Origin: a virus
Lineage: Duplodnaviria > Caudoviricetes
Length of the DNA stretch: 64,000 nt
Direction: 5' to 3' (one strand)
Virus record (IMG/VR): IMGVR_UViG_3300022591_000002
In this document: piece by piece, positions 1-9,396 of the stretch
Layout of the letters: the number at the start of each line of letters is the position of its first letter
How positions within the stretch are numbered: position 1 is the first letter of the stretch
Notes under the pieces: model-generated
The model's database searches: none
The model's input: the letters and a program-made list of their open reading frames with translations, nothing else
What the model was told of the DNA's origin: nothing
Position numbers and translations under genes: made by a program

Positions 1-948
1 AAAGTACAGACATGGCATAAGATGTATCCTAACTATGCTAACCATATCAGTACTGTAACACAAGAGGGCGGAAGTTTGATGCAAAAGATCAAACACGAAT
101 TGATCAATCCGTTGCCAGGTAAGCCTCCACGCTATGATAATATTATCATCATGGTGGGAGAAGATCAAGCCAACATGCCCATTGCAGGCGCACTGATGAA
201 AGCGGTTAACAAGTTTCAAGGGTACGAACACGTTAAAGTTACATTAGAAGCTACACCACGCGGTACTGGCATGAGCTTTACTAAGTTGCGCAATATTTTA
301 AAAGATCCTAATGCTACTCCAGAACAACAGTTAAAAGTTTGGTGTCAAGGATTTGATGTTAAGAAATTAGGTGCCGAATGGATTAAACATCTAATGGACT
401 TAACTCGCAAAGGTATGGGCATTGCCCCGACACACGTAAGTCCAAGTGGTGCTAAGACTAATATGAGTCCAAAAGATGACGACTACGCAATTAACTATGG
501 AAAAAATGGTATGGCCGCACAAGATAAACAAGAACAACCTATGTCTGAAAGTAAACAGCCATTAGGTAGACTATTCAACGAAATCATTGGTGTTGCTAGT
601 CCTGTCACAGAAGCTATGCTACCTAAGAAAGCATTTGCAGGTGCGGACAAGAACAAACTAGGCACAGCAGGACAAGCACGTGGAGAACCTAAGAAAAGTC
701 AAAAGGCTCCACTAAAAGGTCTAATGGTAGGCGAAGATGGTGTTGAAGAAGCCGCTATTGCTATTGCTAAAAAGAAAAAGAAAGATGTTAAAGAAGTAAA
801 GCAACGCCTTGATCCAAAGTGCTGGAAAGGTTATCGCAAAGCTGGTACAAAGATGAAAGGCGGCAAGCGTGTTAATAACTGTGTCCCAGTTAGCGAAGAC
901 GTTGAAAGCGTAATGGGTAGTTTGATTGCTATCCTAGAATCAAAATGA
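1..948 (+). CDS. Phage hypothetical protein, probably virion/internal head protein; 5' end outside the window
   Basis: Frame of ORF 22..948 stays open back to position 1. Lys/Glu-rich C-terminus with DPKCWKGYRKAGTKMKGGKRVNNCVP, a motif I recall from T4-like phage hypothetical proteins. Confidence 0.6.
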   Translation, partial: KVQTWHKMYPNYANHISTVTQEGGSLMQKIKHELINPLPGKPPRYDNIIIMVGEDQANMPIAGALMKAVNKFQGYEHVKVTLEATPRGTGMSFTKLRNILKDPNATPEQQLKVWCQGFDVKKLGAEWIKHLMDLTRKGMGIAPTHVSPSGAKTNMSPKDDDYAINYGKNGMAAQDKQEQPMSESKQPLGRLFNEIIGVASPVTEAMLPKKAFAGADKNKLGTAGQARGEPKKSQKAPLKGLMVGEDGVEEAAIAIAKKKKKDVKEVKQRLDPKCWKGYRKAGTKMKGGKRVNNCVPVSEDVESVMGSLIAILESK

Positions 949-1247
949 AACAGTTTAAGATAACCACAGAACACTTAAATACAGATAGTCCAGATGACGC
1001 CTACCTTGCGCCAGATGATCCTATACACGAATTAAAAATTGTACAGTATCTAGCAGGGTTAGGGTCAGAAGCTAGATTACAAGAATACAGAATAAAAACA
1101 GCCGAGCAACAAGGTGGTAGTAATATAACAAAGACTGCTAACGAAAATGCTCGGATTATGCGTGAACAAAACATTAAACCCGGAACACCAGAGTGGTTCA
1201 AGTTATGGTTTAGTTTACCGTACTTAACAGGCGAAAAGAAAGAATGA
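945..1247 (+). CDS. Hypothetical protein
   Basis: 100-aa ORF with 4-nt ATGA overlaps to both neighbours (translational coupling). Confidence 0.7.
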   Translation: MKQFKITTEHLNTDSPDDAYLAPDDPIHELKIVQYLAGLGSEARLQEYRIKTAEQQGGSNITKTANENARIMREQNIKPGTPEWFKLWFSLPYLTGEKKE

Positions 1248-1621
1248 GAGCAAACGAATTTATCAATGAAGGCAAAAATAAAATGCCTGACTCTGCTACA
1301 CAAGGAATTCCTGGCGCACATCGCTGGGATCAATTAGATAACTCTAGCCCGTATCACGCATATCGCTTTGGTGTAGCTCTTGCAGGCATGCCTGACTATC
1401 CTATGAACTTAGAAGGCCCAGTTGGACAAAAGACTGTAACAATTGGTTACACAGAAGCCGACGATGAAATTATTAAAGCAACTGGCAAGCACTTAGGATT
1501 CCAAGGTCTTGTACTAACACCGCGTGGTAGTAAAGAATTATCAGACACTGATACAAAGAGTCCAGTAGCAGATTGGCGTAAGAATGATACGGAAAAAGCC
1601 AAGGTTGCAAAAAAGAAATAA
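1244..1621 (+). CDS. Hypothetical protein, putative internal head protein
   Basis: 125-aa ORF; N-terminus MRANEFINE resembles the T4 capsid-targeting sequence MKTYQEFIAE. Confidence 0.6.
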   Translation: MRANEFINEGKNKMPDSATQGIPGAHRWDQLDNSSPYHAYRFGVALAGMPDYPMNLEGPVGQKTVTIGYTEADDEIIKATGKHLGFQGLVLTPRGSKELSDTDTKSPVADWRKNDTEKAKVAKKK

Positions 1622-1633
1622 AGATGTTATAAT
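1605..1633 (+). promoter_or_regulatory. Sigma70-type promoter with extended -10
   Basis: TTGCAA (1605-1610), 17 nt, TATAAT (1628-1633), preceded by TG at 1625-1626. The ATG at 1640 lies at the expected +1. Confidence 0.65.
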
Positions 1634-1639
1634 ACTAAC

Positions 1640-2494
1640 ATGAAAAAAGATGAATTTGCACAAGGAGTAGGAAATACAGCTTTCCAAGTTGGAAAAGCCC
1701 TATCTCAATCTAAACAAGCACCAGTTAAGTCAGGCGGATCCAGTGCGCCTAAAATTTATCTAGATATGGACGGAGTGCTTGCAGACTTCTTTACTGAATA
1801 TGCTAAACTTGCTGGAATTACTAACGGCAACTATAGAGATATTCCTCCAGCAAAAACAGATCCAACATTAAACAAAATGGTAGGCACAGACTTCTTTGCT
1901 CGCTTACCAGAATGTCGCAATGCACAGCAAGTAGTAGAGATGGCATTAGAATTTGCTAAATCGCATGGTGCCAAGGGGTATTGCATTTGCTCTAGCCCCC
2001 TACGTGGCGATCATCAAAACTCAGAAGTACAAAAAAGAATTTGGATTCAGAAACATCTAAACCCGCAACCTACTGAAATTATTATTGCGGCTGACAAATC
2101 AAAGTACGCTGTACAACAAGACGGTACTCCTAATATCTTAATTGATGACAGGGGCAGTAATATCAGCGGTTGGGAAGCTAAGGGCGGAATTGGTATTAAA
2201 TACCAAGCAGATGAAAACGGCTTAGATGTTATCGTTAACGGCCTAAGTCGTGCTAACAAGATCTTAAAAGGTCAAGAAAAGCACAAACCCCAACAGATGG
2301 TTAGTAAAGATCGCAGTATGCCTGTAGCAACACAAAAAGATCATCCAACCAGTGCGGCTGACGTTAAAGAAGCCGCAACTGGAGGTAGTACTAGTGTTGG
2401 TTCTGGAGTTGGCGGTGGTGCCGCTGTGCCTGTAGTTGTAGGCGGCAAAGGCAAGAAAGCAAAAGTTATAAGACGAGCAAGCATAGTAGTCTAA
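1640..2494 (+). CDS. HAD-superfamily 5'(3')-deoxyribonucleotidase with low-complexity C-terminal tail
   Basis: HAD motif I IYLDMDGVLADF, motif II ICSSP, motif IV ILIDD; about 60-aa Gly/Ser/Lys-rich C-terminal extension. Confidence 0.8.
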   Translation: MKKDEFAQGVGNTAFQVGKALSQSKQAPVKSGGSSAPKIYLDMDGVLADFFTEYAKLAGITNGNYRDIPPAKTDPTLNKMVGTDFFARLPECRNAQQVVEMALEFAKSHGAKGYCICSSPLRGDHQNSEVQKRIWIQKHLNPQPTEIIIAADKSKYAVQQDGTPNILIDDRGSNISGWEAKGGIGIKYQADENGLDVIVNGLSRANKILKGQEKHKPQQMVSKDRSMPVATQKDHPTSAADVKEAATGGSTSVGSGVGGGAAVPVVVGGKGKKAKVIRRASIVV

Positions 2495-2503
2495 GGAACG
2501 GTT

Positions 2504-3277
2504 ATGATCAACGAACACAAAAAAGGCGTCAAAGCCGTAAAATATACAAAAAAAGCCAAAGGTATAGAACCAATGAAGCCACGCAACTTTGTTGCAAAGA
2601 ATGCCGTTAATACTGGTGCAGGCGCACATACTGATAAAAAGAAAGCCGCAAAGCAAGGCATAACAAAACACAAAAAGAGTTATGCTGAAGCATTAGAAGC
2701 TGAATTGAAACAGTTAAGCGAACTAAAAGATACTACAAAAGCCAGTTACAAAGAAAAAGCACAAGCTCAAGTTAAAGAATTAGAGCCACACGCTAAAAAC
2801 GGTGAGTATAAAGATATTGCCCAACGTGCGATTGACCGCCGTAAAAAAGGTTTAGCAAAAGTTAAAGAAAGCTGGACACACGATACATTAGCCGCAGAAT
2901 TATTTGAAACTCCGTCATACGAAACTCGTCTACAAGAAATGTTAGAAGGTGCAGTTGCGTTTATGGAAGGTGGTACTGATGATGGTGTTACAATGTTTTC
3001 AAAGAGCCCAGGTAGTCATCAACATTTAAACGATGCAAGTGACGACCATAAATCAAGAGAAAAAGACCTAGAGGGCGATACTGTTAAGAATAGTTTGCAC
3101 ACTATTGTTCGTGTAGCTACTCATTTAGAAAAAGCAGTAACTGATGACGAAGAATTTCCAGAATGGGTTTCAGAAAAGATTGGTGCTATCAAAAGCATGA
3201 TGGTAAGTGTTATGGACTATGTTATTAGTTCGCATGAACAACAAGACGGAGATCGATTAGATCACGGGCCTAAATAA
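2504..3277 (+). CDS. Hypothetical protein, probable virion/head-associated
   Basis: 257-aa Lys/Glu-rich ORF with a PEWVSEKI..MDY motif near the C-terminus. Confidence 0.6.
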   Translation: MINEHKKGVKAVKYTKKAKGIEPMKPRNFVAKNAVNTGAGAHTDKKKAAKQGITKHKKSYAEALEAELKQLSELKDTTKASYKEKAQAQVKELEPHAKNGEYKDIAQRAIDRRKKGLAKVKESWTHDTLAAELFETPSYETRLQEMLEGAVAFMEGGTDDGVTMFSKSPGSHQHLNDASDDHKSREKDLEGDTVKNSLHTIVRVATHLEKAVTDDEEFPEWVSEKIGAIKSMMVSVMDYVISSHEQQDGDRLDHGPK

Positions 3278-3296
3278 GCCAAATTACAATCAAGAC

Positions 3297-3325
3297 TTGA
3301 CAATCTCCTGTTGCTAGTATATAAT
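3297..3325 (+). promoter_or_regulatory. Consensus sigma70 promoter
   Basis: TTGACA (3297-3302), 17 nt, TATAAT (3320-3325), followed by an AGGAG RBS and the ATG at 3346. Confidence 0.85.
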
Positions 3326-3345
3326 TACTAACACAGGAGATTTTT

Positions 3346-3648
3346 ATGAGCAAAGTATTTGGCGCACCAGAACAGGCTAAGATTAAACAATTGATTTCTG
3401 AGGGTGTAACAGTCCTACAAGAAATTGAAGATTTGAACGAAGGCCTCAACGACACTATCAAAGCTGTCGCAGAAGAACTAGAAGTTAAACCTAGTATTAT
3501 TAAAAAAGCAATCAAGATCGCACAAAAAGGCGACTGGGATCGTGTATTCACAGAATTTGATGATTTGGAAACTATCGTTGAAGTTAGTGGTCACGCTATT
3601 CGTCAAAGTGATTACGATGCAGAAAATCCAAACCGTACTGAAAATTAA
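3346..3648 (+). CDS. Small dsDNA-binding protein (T4 DsbA / GapR-like)
   Basis: 100-aa helical protein. The pattern KQLISEG..VLQEIEDL.E.LNDTIKAVAEEL.VKP..IKKAIK resembles the DsbA/DUF2312 fold; located upstream of the polymerase. Confidence 0.5.
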   Translation: MSKVFGAPEQAKIKQLISEGVTVLQEIEDLNEGLNDTIKAVAEELEVKPSIIKKAIKIAQKGDWDRVFTEFDDLETIVEVSGHAIRQSDYDAENPNRTEN

Positions 3649-3938
3649 TGATTGATACGTTGTTTGAACCAACATTAAGGTGGATTAAAGATGACTGGAG
3701 TTCTAATAAGTTTAGGTTCCTTATTGAGCTCCTTGCTTGGGCTATATCTATTGGCTGTTCTATTACGATGGCAGTCACAGTCCCTAATCCTCCTCTTCTC
3801 ATACTATATCCTATCTGGATTAGTGGCTGTGCTATGTATGCATGGGCTAGCTGGACTCGTAAGAGCTTTGGCATGTTGGCTAATTACATCCTGCTAGTCA
3901 GTATCGATACAGTCGGTTTGATTAGAATGATTGCTTAA
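3648..3938 (+). CDS. Small membrane protein
   Basis: 96 aa with about three hydrophobic segments. Confidence 0.65.
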   Translation: MIDTLFEPTLRWIKDDWSSNKFRFLIELLAWAISIGCSITMAVTVPNPPLLILYPIWISGCAMYAWASWTRKSFGMLANYILLVSIDTVGLIRMIA

Positions 3939-3957
3939 ATAATATTGAGAAAGGTTC

Positions 3958-4009
3958 AGCGAGCCATAAATCGCTATTTAGAAGGTTAACCGGCCATAAG
4001 CGGTAGGAG
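3958..4009 (+). promoter_or_regulatory. Tandem hairpins with matching 8-nt loops abutting the DNA polymerase RBS (putative translational operator)
   Basis: AGCGA-GCCATAAA-TCGCT (3958-3975) and ACCG-GCCATAAG-CGGT (3989-4004), immediately followed by AGGAG (4005-4009) and ATG 4015. Confidence 0.7.
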
Positions 4010-4014
4010 AAAAT

Positions 4015-6687
4015 ATGAGTTACGTAGATGCCATCTGGGATCGCGACAAAGACGTTGTACGTGTCGTTGAGCGAGATCCAAAAAAGGGCCGAATCTTTAT
4101 TGATTACCCAGCCCGATATCAATTTTACTATCCCGATCAAAAGGGCAAGTACACATCAATACATGGTGAGTCATTAAGCAAAGTCACAGCTAAGACTTTC
4201 AAAGACTTTATCAAAGAACAAAAAATTCACAGTACCCACAAGTTATACGAATCAGATATTAATGCTGTATTCCGTGTGCTTGAAGAAAAGTATCTAGGTA
4301 CTGAACCTCCCAAATTACACACAGCCTTTTGGGATATTGAGGTGGACTTTGATCCAGAACGCGGCTATGCATCTCCAGAAGATGCGTTCATGCCAATTAC
4401 TGCGATTGCTGTTCACCTACAATGGTTAGATACACTAATCTGTCTTGCAGTTCCTCCTAAGACACTTACAATGGAGCAGGCAAGAGAACAAGTTAAGGAA
4501 TTTCCTAATACACACTTGTTCGAAACAGAAGCAGAAATGCTTGACACTTTCTTACAGCTAATCGAAGATGCAGATATCTTAAGTGGTTGGAACAGTGAAG
4601 GCTTCGATATGCCGTATACTGTTAATCGTATTATTAAAGTTCTAAGCAAAGAAGATACACGCAGGCTGTGTTTATGGGATCATTTCCCAAAGAAGAGAGA
4701 ATATGAAAAATACGGAAAAACTGCGATCACTTATGATCTCGTGGGCCGAGTACACCTTGACTCATTGGAACTTTATAGAAAGTATACATATGAAGAACGC
4801 CACACCTACAGACTTGATGCTATTGGAGAAATGGAAGTCGGAGAGAGCAAAACAGTTTACGAAGGAACTCTCGATCAGTTATACAACAACGACTTCAGAA
4901 AGTTTATCGAATACAACAGACAAGACTGTGCGCTACTAGACAAATTAGATAAAAAACTAAAATTCTTAGATCTAGCCAACACACTGGCGCATGAAAATAC
5001 TGTATTGCTACAGACTACAATGGGTGCCGTTGCTGTTACAGAACAGGCTATTATTAATGAAGCACACCATAGAGGTATGATTGTTCCAAGTCGTCCTAAA
5101 CGTGATGACACAGAAAATAACCAAGCCGCAGGTGCTTATGTTGCTTATCCAAAGAAAGGTCTTCATGACTGGATTGGATCAATGGACATTAACTCACTGT
5201 ATCCATCTGTGATTCGTGCATTAAACATGGGCCCAGAAACTATTGTAGGACAACTGCGCCCTACAAAGACTGATGAATTCATTGAAGAACAAATGACCTT
5301 ACAGAAAAAGTCCTTTGCCGCGGCATGGGAAGATAAGTTTGGCACATTTGAATACGAAGCTGTTATGGATAAGGATCGAGCATTTGAAATTACTGTTGAC
5401 TGGGAAAACGGTGGCAGTGATGTAATGAGTGCCGCAGAAGTCTACAGATTGATCTTTGAAAGCAATCAACCGTGGATGCTAAGTGCTAACGGCACAATCT
5501 TTACACATGAGCAGGACGGTGTTATTCCAGGTTTGTTAAAACGCTGGTATGCTGAACGTAAAGATATGCAGAAAAAATTAAAGGAGGCAATCGATGCTGG
5601 TAACAAAATTGAGGAAGAGTATTGGGATAAGCGACAGCTTGTTAAGAAAATTAACCTTAACAGTCTATACGGTGCTATTCTTAATGCTGGTTGCAGGTTC
5701 TTTGATAAGCGTATTGGCCAATCCACAACTCTTACAGGAAGACAAATTGCTCGCCATATGGCCGCAAAAGTAAATGAAGTGATTACTGGAGAGTATGACT
5801 ATAAAGGCAAGAGCGTAATCTACGGTGACACAGACTCTGTGTACTTTAGTGCGTACTCTAGTCTTAAAAACGAAATTGCCAAAGGACAGATTCCTTGGGA
5901 TAGAGATACTGTTGTTCAACTGTATGATACTATTGCTACTAACGTGAATAGTACATTCCCAGAATTTATGCTGGAAGGGTTCCATTGTCCAAAGAGCCGC
6001 GGTGAGGTTATCAAGGCAGGACGTGAAATTGTTGCCGTCAAAGGCTTGTTCATTACTAAGAAACGTTATGCTGTACTGTATTACGATAAAGACGGCAAGA
6101 GACAAGACGTTGATGGTAAGCCAGGTAAGATCAAAGCTATGGGCTTGGACTTGAAGCGTTCAGATACTCCAGAATTTATGCAGAAGTTCCTAGAAGAAAT
6201 TTTAACTAACGTGCTTAATGGTGCTCAGGAAAAAGAAACTCTAGAACGCATTAGTGAATTCCGAACTGAGTTTAAGGCAAGACCTGGTTGGGAGAAAGGC
6301 AGTCCAAAACGTGCTAACAACATCACAGACTATCAAGAACGTGAAAAGAAAACTGGAAAGATTACTATTCCAGGCCATGTACGTGCTAGTATGAATTGGA
6401 ATACTCTAAAGACCATGCACGGTGACAAATACAGTCAACAGATTGTCGACGGCATGAAAGTAATTGTTTGTAAAATTAAAGACAATCCATTAGGATATAC
6501 TAGCGTTGCATATCCGGTTGATGAATTGCGTTTGCCAAAATGGTTCCAAGATTTACCATTTGACCACTCTGAGATGGAAACAACAATTATTAACAACAAG
6601 TTGGACAATCTTATTGGTGTTTTGGAATGGGATTTAGAATCAACAGTACAAAATAATACATTTGGCAAATTGTTCTCATTTGATTGA
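4015..6687 (+). CDS. Family B DNA polymerase (T4 gp43-like) with 3'-5' exonuclease
   Basis: ExoI FWDIEV, ExoII GWNSEGFDMPY, ExoIII YNRQD, motif A SMDINSLYPS, motif B KINLNSLYG, motif C YGDTDS, KKRY. Confidence 0.97.
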   Translation: MSYVDAIWDRDKDVVRVVERDPKKGRIFIDYPARYQFYYPDQKGKYTSIHGESLSKVTAKTFKDFIKEQKIHSTHKLYESDINAVFRVLEEKYLGTEPPKLHTAFWDIEVDFDPERGYASPEDAFMPITAIAVHLQWLDTLICLAVPPKTLTMEQAREQVKEFPNTHLFETEAEMLDTFLQLIEDADILSGWNSEGFDMPYTVNRIIKVLSKEDTRRLCLWDHFPKKREYEKYGKTAITYDLVGRVHLDSLELYRKYTYEERHTYRLDAIGEMEVGESKTVYEGTLDQLYNNDFRKFIEYNRQDCALLDKLDKKLKFLDLANTLAHENTVLLQTTMGAVAVTEQAIINEAHHRGMIVPSRPKRDDTENNQAAGAYVAYPKKGLHDWIGSMDINSLYPSVIRALNMGPETIVGQLRPTKTDEFIEEQMTLQKKSFAAAWEDKFGTFEYEAVMDKDRAFEITVDWENGGSDVMSAAEVYRLIFESNQPWMLSANGTIFTHEQDGVIPGLLKRWYAERKDMQKKLKEAIDAGNKIEEEYWDKRQLVKKINLNSLYGAILNAGCRFFDKRIGQSTTLTGRQIARHMAAKVNEVITGEYDYKGKSVIYGDTDSVYFSAYSSLKNEIAKGQIPWDRDTVVQLYDTIATNVNSTFPEFMLEGFHCPKSRGEVIKAGREIVAVKGLFITKKRYAVLYYDKDGKRQDVDGKPGKIKAMGLDLKRSDTPEFMQKFLEEILTNVLNGAQEKETLERISEFRTEFKARPGWEKGSPKRANNITDYQEREKKTGKITIPGHVRASMNWNTLKTMHGDKYSQQIVDGMKVIVCKIKDNPLGYTSVAYPVDELRLPKWFQDLPFDHSEMETTIINNKLDNLIGVLEWDLESTVQNNTFGKLFSFD

Positions 6688-6716
6688 TTGACAAATACCA
6701 AAAACCTAAATATAAT
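6688..6716 (+). promoter_or_regulatory. Consensus sigma70 promoter
   Basis: TTGACA (6688-6693), 17 nt, TATAAT (6711-6716); AAGGA RBS before ATG 6736. Confidence 0.85.
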
Positions 6717-6735
6717 ATAGAAAAGGAATATTAAT

Positions 6736-7470
6736 ATGAAAGCAATATTACAAGACATCGTATCTCATACACACAATCTAGGTTTCCTAGAGATTGTTAA
6801 AGTTACTGGTGACGACAAAACAACTAAGATCGATTCCATGGCAGACGATCGTACAGTTATTATGACTGCAGAAACTGCAAATCCATACGCAGATATCCAA
6901 GGCGTATTTGGTATGCCACAACTTAACAAGTTGAAGATTCATTTAGACTGTCCGGAATATCGCGAAGATGCCAAGATTGATGTTGTTAAGGCACAGCGTA
7001 ACGGTGTTGACATTCCAGTAGGTTTACACTTTGAAAACAAAGCAGGCGACTTCCAGAATGATTATCGCTTTATGAACATGGAAGTTATTAACACAAAATT
7101 AAACGTGCCTAAGTTTAAAGGTGTTAACTGGAACGTAGATGTTGTTCCAACTGTTGCAGGTGTACAGCGTTTTAACTTTCAAGCTACTGCTAACAATGAA
7201 CACACAACATTCACTGTTAAAACAGATGGCAATAAATTAGTATTCTCATTTGGCGATGCATCAACACACGCAGGTGAGTTTGTGTTTGCCGAAGGCATTA
7301 CAGGTAAGCTGAAGAACCAAATGAGCTGGCCAGTTGCACAAGTACAAAGCATCTTGAAGATCGCCGATGTAAACAATACAACAATGAGCTTCAGTGATGA
7401 AGGTGCGTTACAAATTACTTTAGACAGCGGTTTGGCAACTTACAAATACATTTTACCAGCACAAGCATGA
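6736..7470 (+). CDS. Probable sliding clamp (gp45/PCNA-like)
   Basis: 244 aa with a two-domain beta/alpha pattern and C-terminal ..DEGALQITLDSGLATYKYILPA; directly downstream of the DNA polymerase. Confidence 0.6.
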   Translation: MKAILQDIVSHTHNLGFLEIVKVTGDDKTTKIDSMADDRTVIMTAETANPYADIQGVFGMPQLNKLKIHLDCPEYREDAKIDVVKAQRNGVDIPVGLHFENKAGDFQNDYRFMNMEVINTKLNVPKFKGVNWNVDVVPTVAGVQRFNFQATANNEHTTFTVKTDGNKLVFSFGDASTHAGEFVFAEGITGKLKNQMSWPVAQVQSILKIADVNNTTMSFSDEGALQITLDSGLATYKYILPAQA

Positions 7471-7877
7471 TAAAAGGTTTAATGGGCTCAACAGGAGTTA
7501 TAGTCGACGGCGGTAATACATCATTGCCGTGGACTAACTCAAATGACAGTGACAGCTATCAAGGCATGTTGCGCCTTAGAGGTAGTGACATACAGTACTA
7601 TAACGCAGGAGTTTGGCAGACATTGCCTACTAGTTATGCTACTGTAAGACTTGACGGATCGGTAGAAACTCTGTTACAATGGGTAAGACAGAAGCAACAA
7701 GAAGAAACTGAATTTAAAACAATTCTTGGAAATCACGAACACCCTGCTGTACAGATTGCACAAGAAAACCTAAATAAAGCTATTGCCGCAGTAAAACAAG
7801 CAGAATTACAATTAAAAATAACCAGCAAACTTGCCGAAGATACTTATGTAGGCACAGAGGAAATGCAAGCACCATGA
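7467..7877 (+). CDS. Hypothetical protein
   Basis: 136-aa ORF coupled by ATGA overlaps; C-terminal coiled-coil-like segment. Confidence 0.7.
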   Translation: MIKGLMGSTGVIVDGGNTSLPWTNSNDSDSYQGMLRLRGSDIQYYNAGVWQTLPTSYATVRLDGSVETLLQWVRQKQQEETEFKTILGNHEHPAVQIAQENLNKAIAAVKQAELQLKITSKLAEDTYVGTEEMQAP

Positions 7878-9394
7878 GCAAACAACCAGTTAATTTAACA
7901 CCATTACAGAAGGACTATGCTGTCTATTTGCCAGCTATTAGTACTTTCTTTTCAACTTACATAAGCAAACAACGTTTTGACAAGTTTGTTCCTGATGATC
8001 GTATTCCTGCGGGATTTGATCGTGGGATTGAAGGTATGAACTTTCTTAATCCGGAAGAAGGGTACTTTACTTACAAGTATGGTTTGTATTCAGCAGGTCA
8101 CGCACAGTTGGATTTGCAAAAGACCATGATTCAAGATGCTATGTTGCAAGATCGTGATCGTGCAAACACAATGATCCTAGGAGACTCCGGTGGTTACCAG
8201 ATTGGTAAGGGTGTTCTTAAATTTGACTGGGCAGACTTTGAAGGCGCAAAAGCCAACAAGACTCGTGATGACATTCTCAATTGGTTAGAACTAACTGCCG
8301 ATTGGTCAATGTTACTAGACGTTCCTACTTGGGCATGTGACCATATTCATAGTCCAAAGACAGGTCTTAAATCATTCCAAGACTGTTTAGATAAAACACT
8401 ACACAACAATGATTACTTTTTGCGTAATCGCTTAGGTCAAACTAAGTTCTTGAACGTGTTACAAGGCAGTGACTGGGAAACCGCAGAAGCTTGGTATAAC
8501 GCAGTAAAGCATTTGCCTACAGAAGGTTGGGCAATGGGTGGTAAGAACATGTGCGATATGGAAGTTGCACTCAAACGTCTTATCATCTTACGTGATGAGA
8601 AATTGTTAGATGATCGTAACTGGATGCACTTCTTGGGTACTGCCCAATTAGACTGGTCATGCTACTTAACTAGTATTCAACGTGAAATCCGTTCAACTGT
8701 AAATGAGAACTTTACAATTAGCTTTGACTGTGCAAGTCCTTTTATTGCAACAGCACACGGTCTAGTTTACACAAACGCACAACACACTAACAAGCGTTGG
8801 TCAGTTATTATGGACAAGGCGCCAGATAACAAGGCACTTGCATCTACAGATATTCCTTTCCCATTCGAAAGCGAAATTGGTAACCGTTTGACAATGAAAG
8901 ATATTTGTCATTACAAGCCAGGTATGTTAAACAAGATCGGTAAGGAAGGCAAAACAAGTTGGGATAGCTTTGGTTATGCTCTAATGATGGCACATAATAC
9001 ATATTGTCATATTCGTGCTGTACAACGTGCTAACGTTCTTGCTGATATTGAAAGCCATAAGATACAGCCAGACTATCGTTACTGGAAACGTGTTAAAGAA
9101 CGTGATATGAGTGATGAATACTCAGATTGGGTTCCACGCAACATTCTGTATTTCAATGCGTTTGTTAAGGATTTGTTTAAATCTCAAAACCCAATGCAGA
9201 TGATTGAAGATGCAAAACCAATGCTTAACAGCATGATGGGTATGCGACTACGTGGTGGTACTGCTTCTAATACATTTAAGAATTTGTTTGAAGAAGAAAC
9301 TGCTACTAACATATTGGGCGTCGAAGATCTTAATGATCCAGATGATGAAAAATTGTTAGAACTCGAACATGAGTTCAACGAACAGAAAGGTTAA
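7874..9394 (+). CDS. dpdA: TGT-fold guanine transglycosylase (DpdA-like)
   Basis: TGT motifs ILGDSGGYQ, MLLDVP, NVLQG, GWAMGG, MHFLG, FDCASP and C-terminal MAHN; clustered with folE and queE. Confidence 0.8.
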   Translation: MSKQPVNLTPLQKDYAVYLPAISTFFSTYISKQRFDKFVPDDRIPAGFDRGIEGMNFLNPEEGYFTYKYGLYSAGHAQLDLQKTMIQDAMLQDRDRANTMILGDSGGYQIGKGVLKFDWADFEGAKANKTRDDILNWLELTADWSMLLDVPTWACDHIHSPKTGLKSFQDCLDKTLHNNDYFLRNRLGQTKFLNVLQGSDWETAEAWYNAVKHLPTEGWAMGGKNMCDMEVALKRLIILRDEKLLDDRNWMHFLGTAQLDWSCYLTSIQREIRSTVNENFTISFDCASPFIATAHGLVYTNAQHTNKRWSVIMDKAPDNKALASTDIPFPFESEIGNRLTMKDICHYKPGMLNKIGKEGKTSWDSFGYALMMAHNTYCHIRAVQRANVLADIESHKIQPDYRYWKRVKERDMSDEYSDWVPRNILYFNAFVKDLFKSQNPMQMIEDAKPMLNSMMGMRLRGGTASNTFKNLFEEETATNILGVEDLNDPDDEKLLELEHEFNEQKG

Positions 9395-9396
9395 GA

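Noticed and set aside
4015-6687. Intein or intron in the DNA polymerase
   Set aside because: Continuous 890-aa ORF. The insertion after motif A has no intein splice motifs (N-terminal C/S, C-terminal HN) or homing endonuclease motifs.
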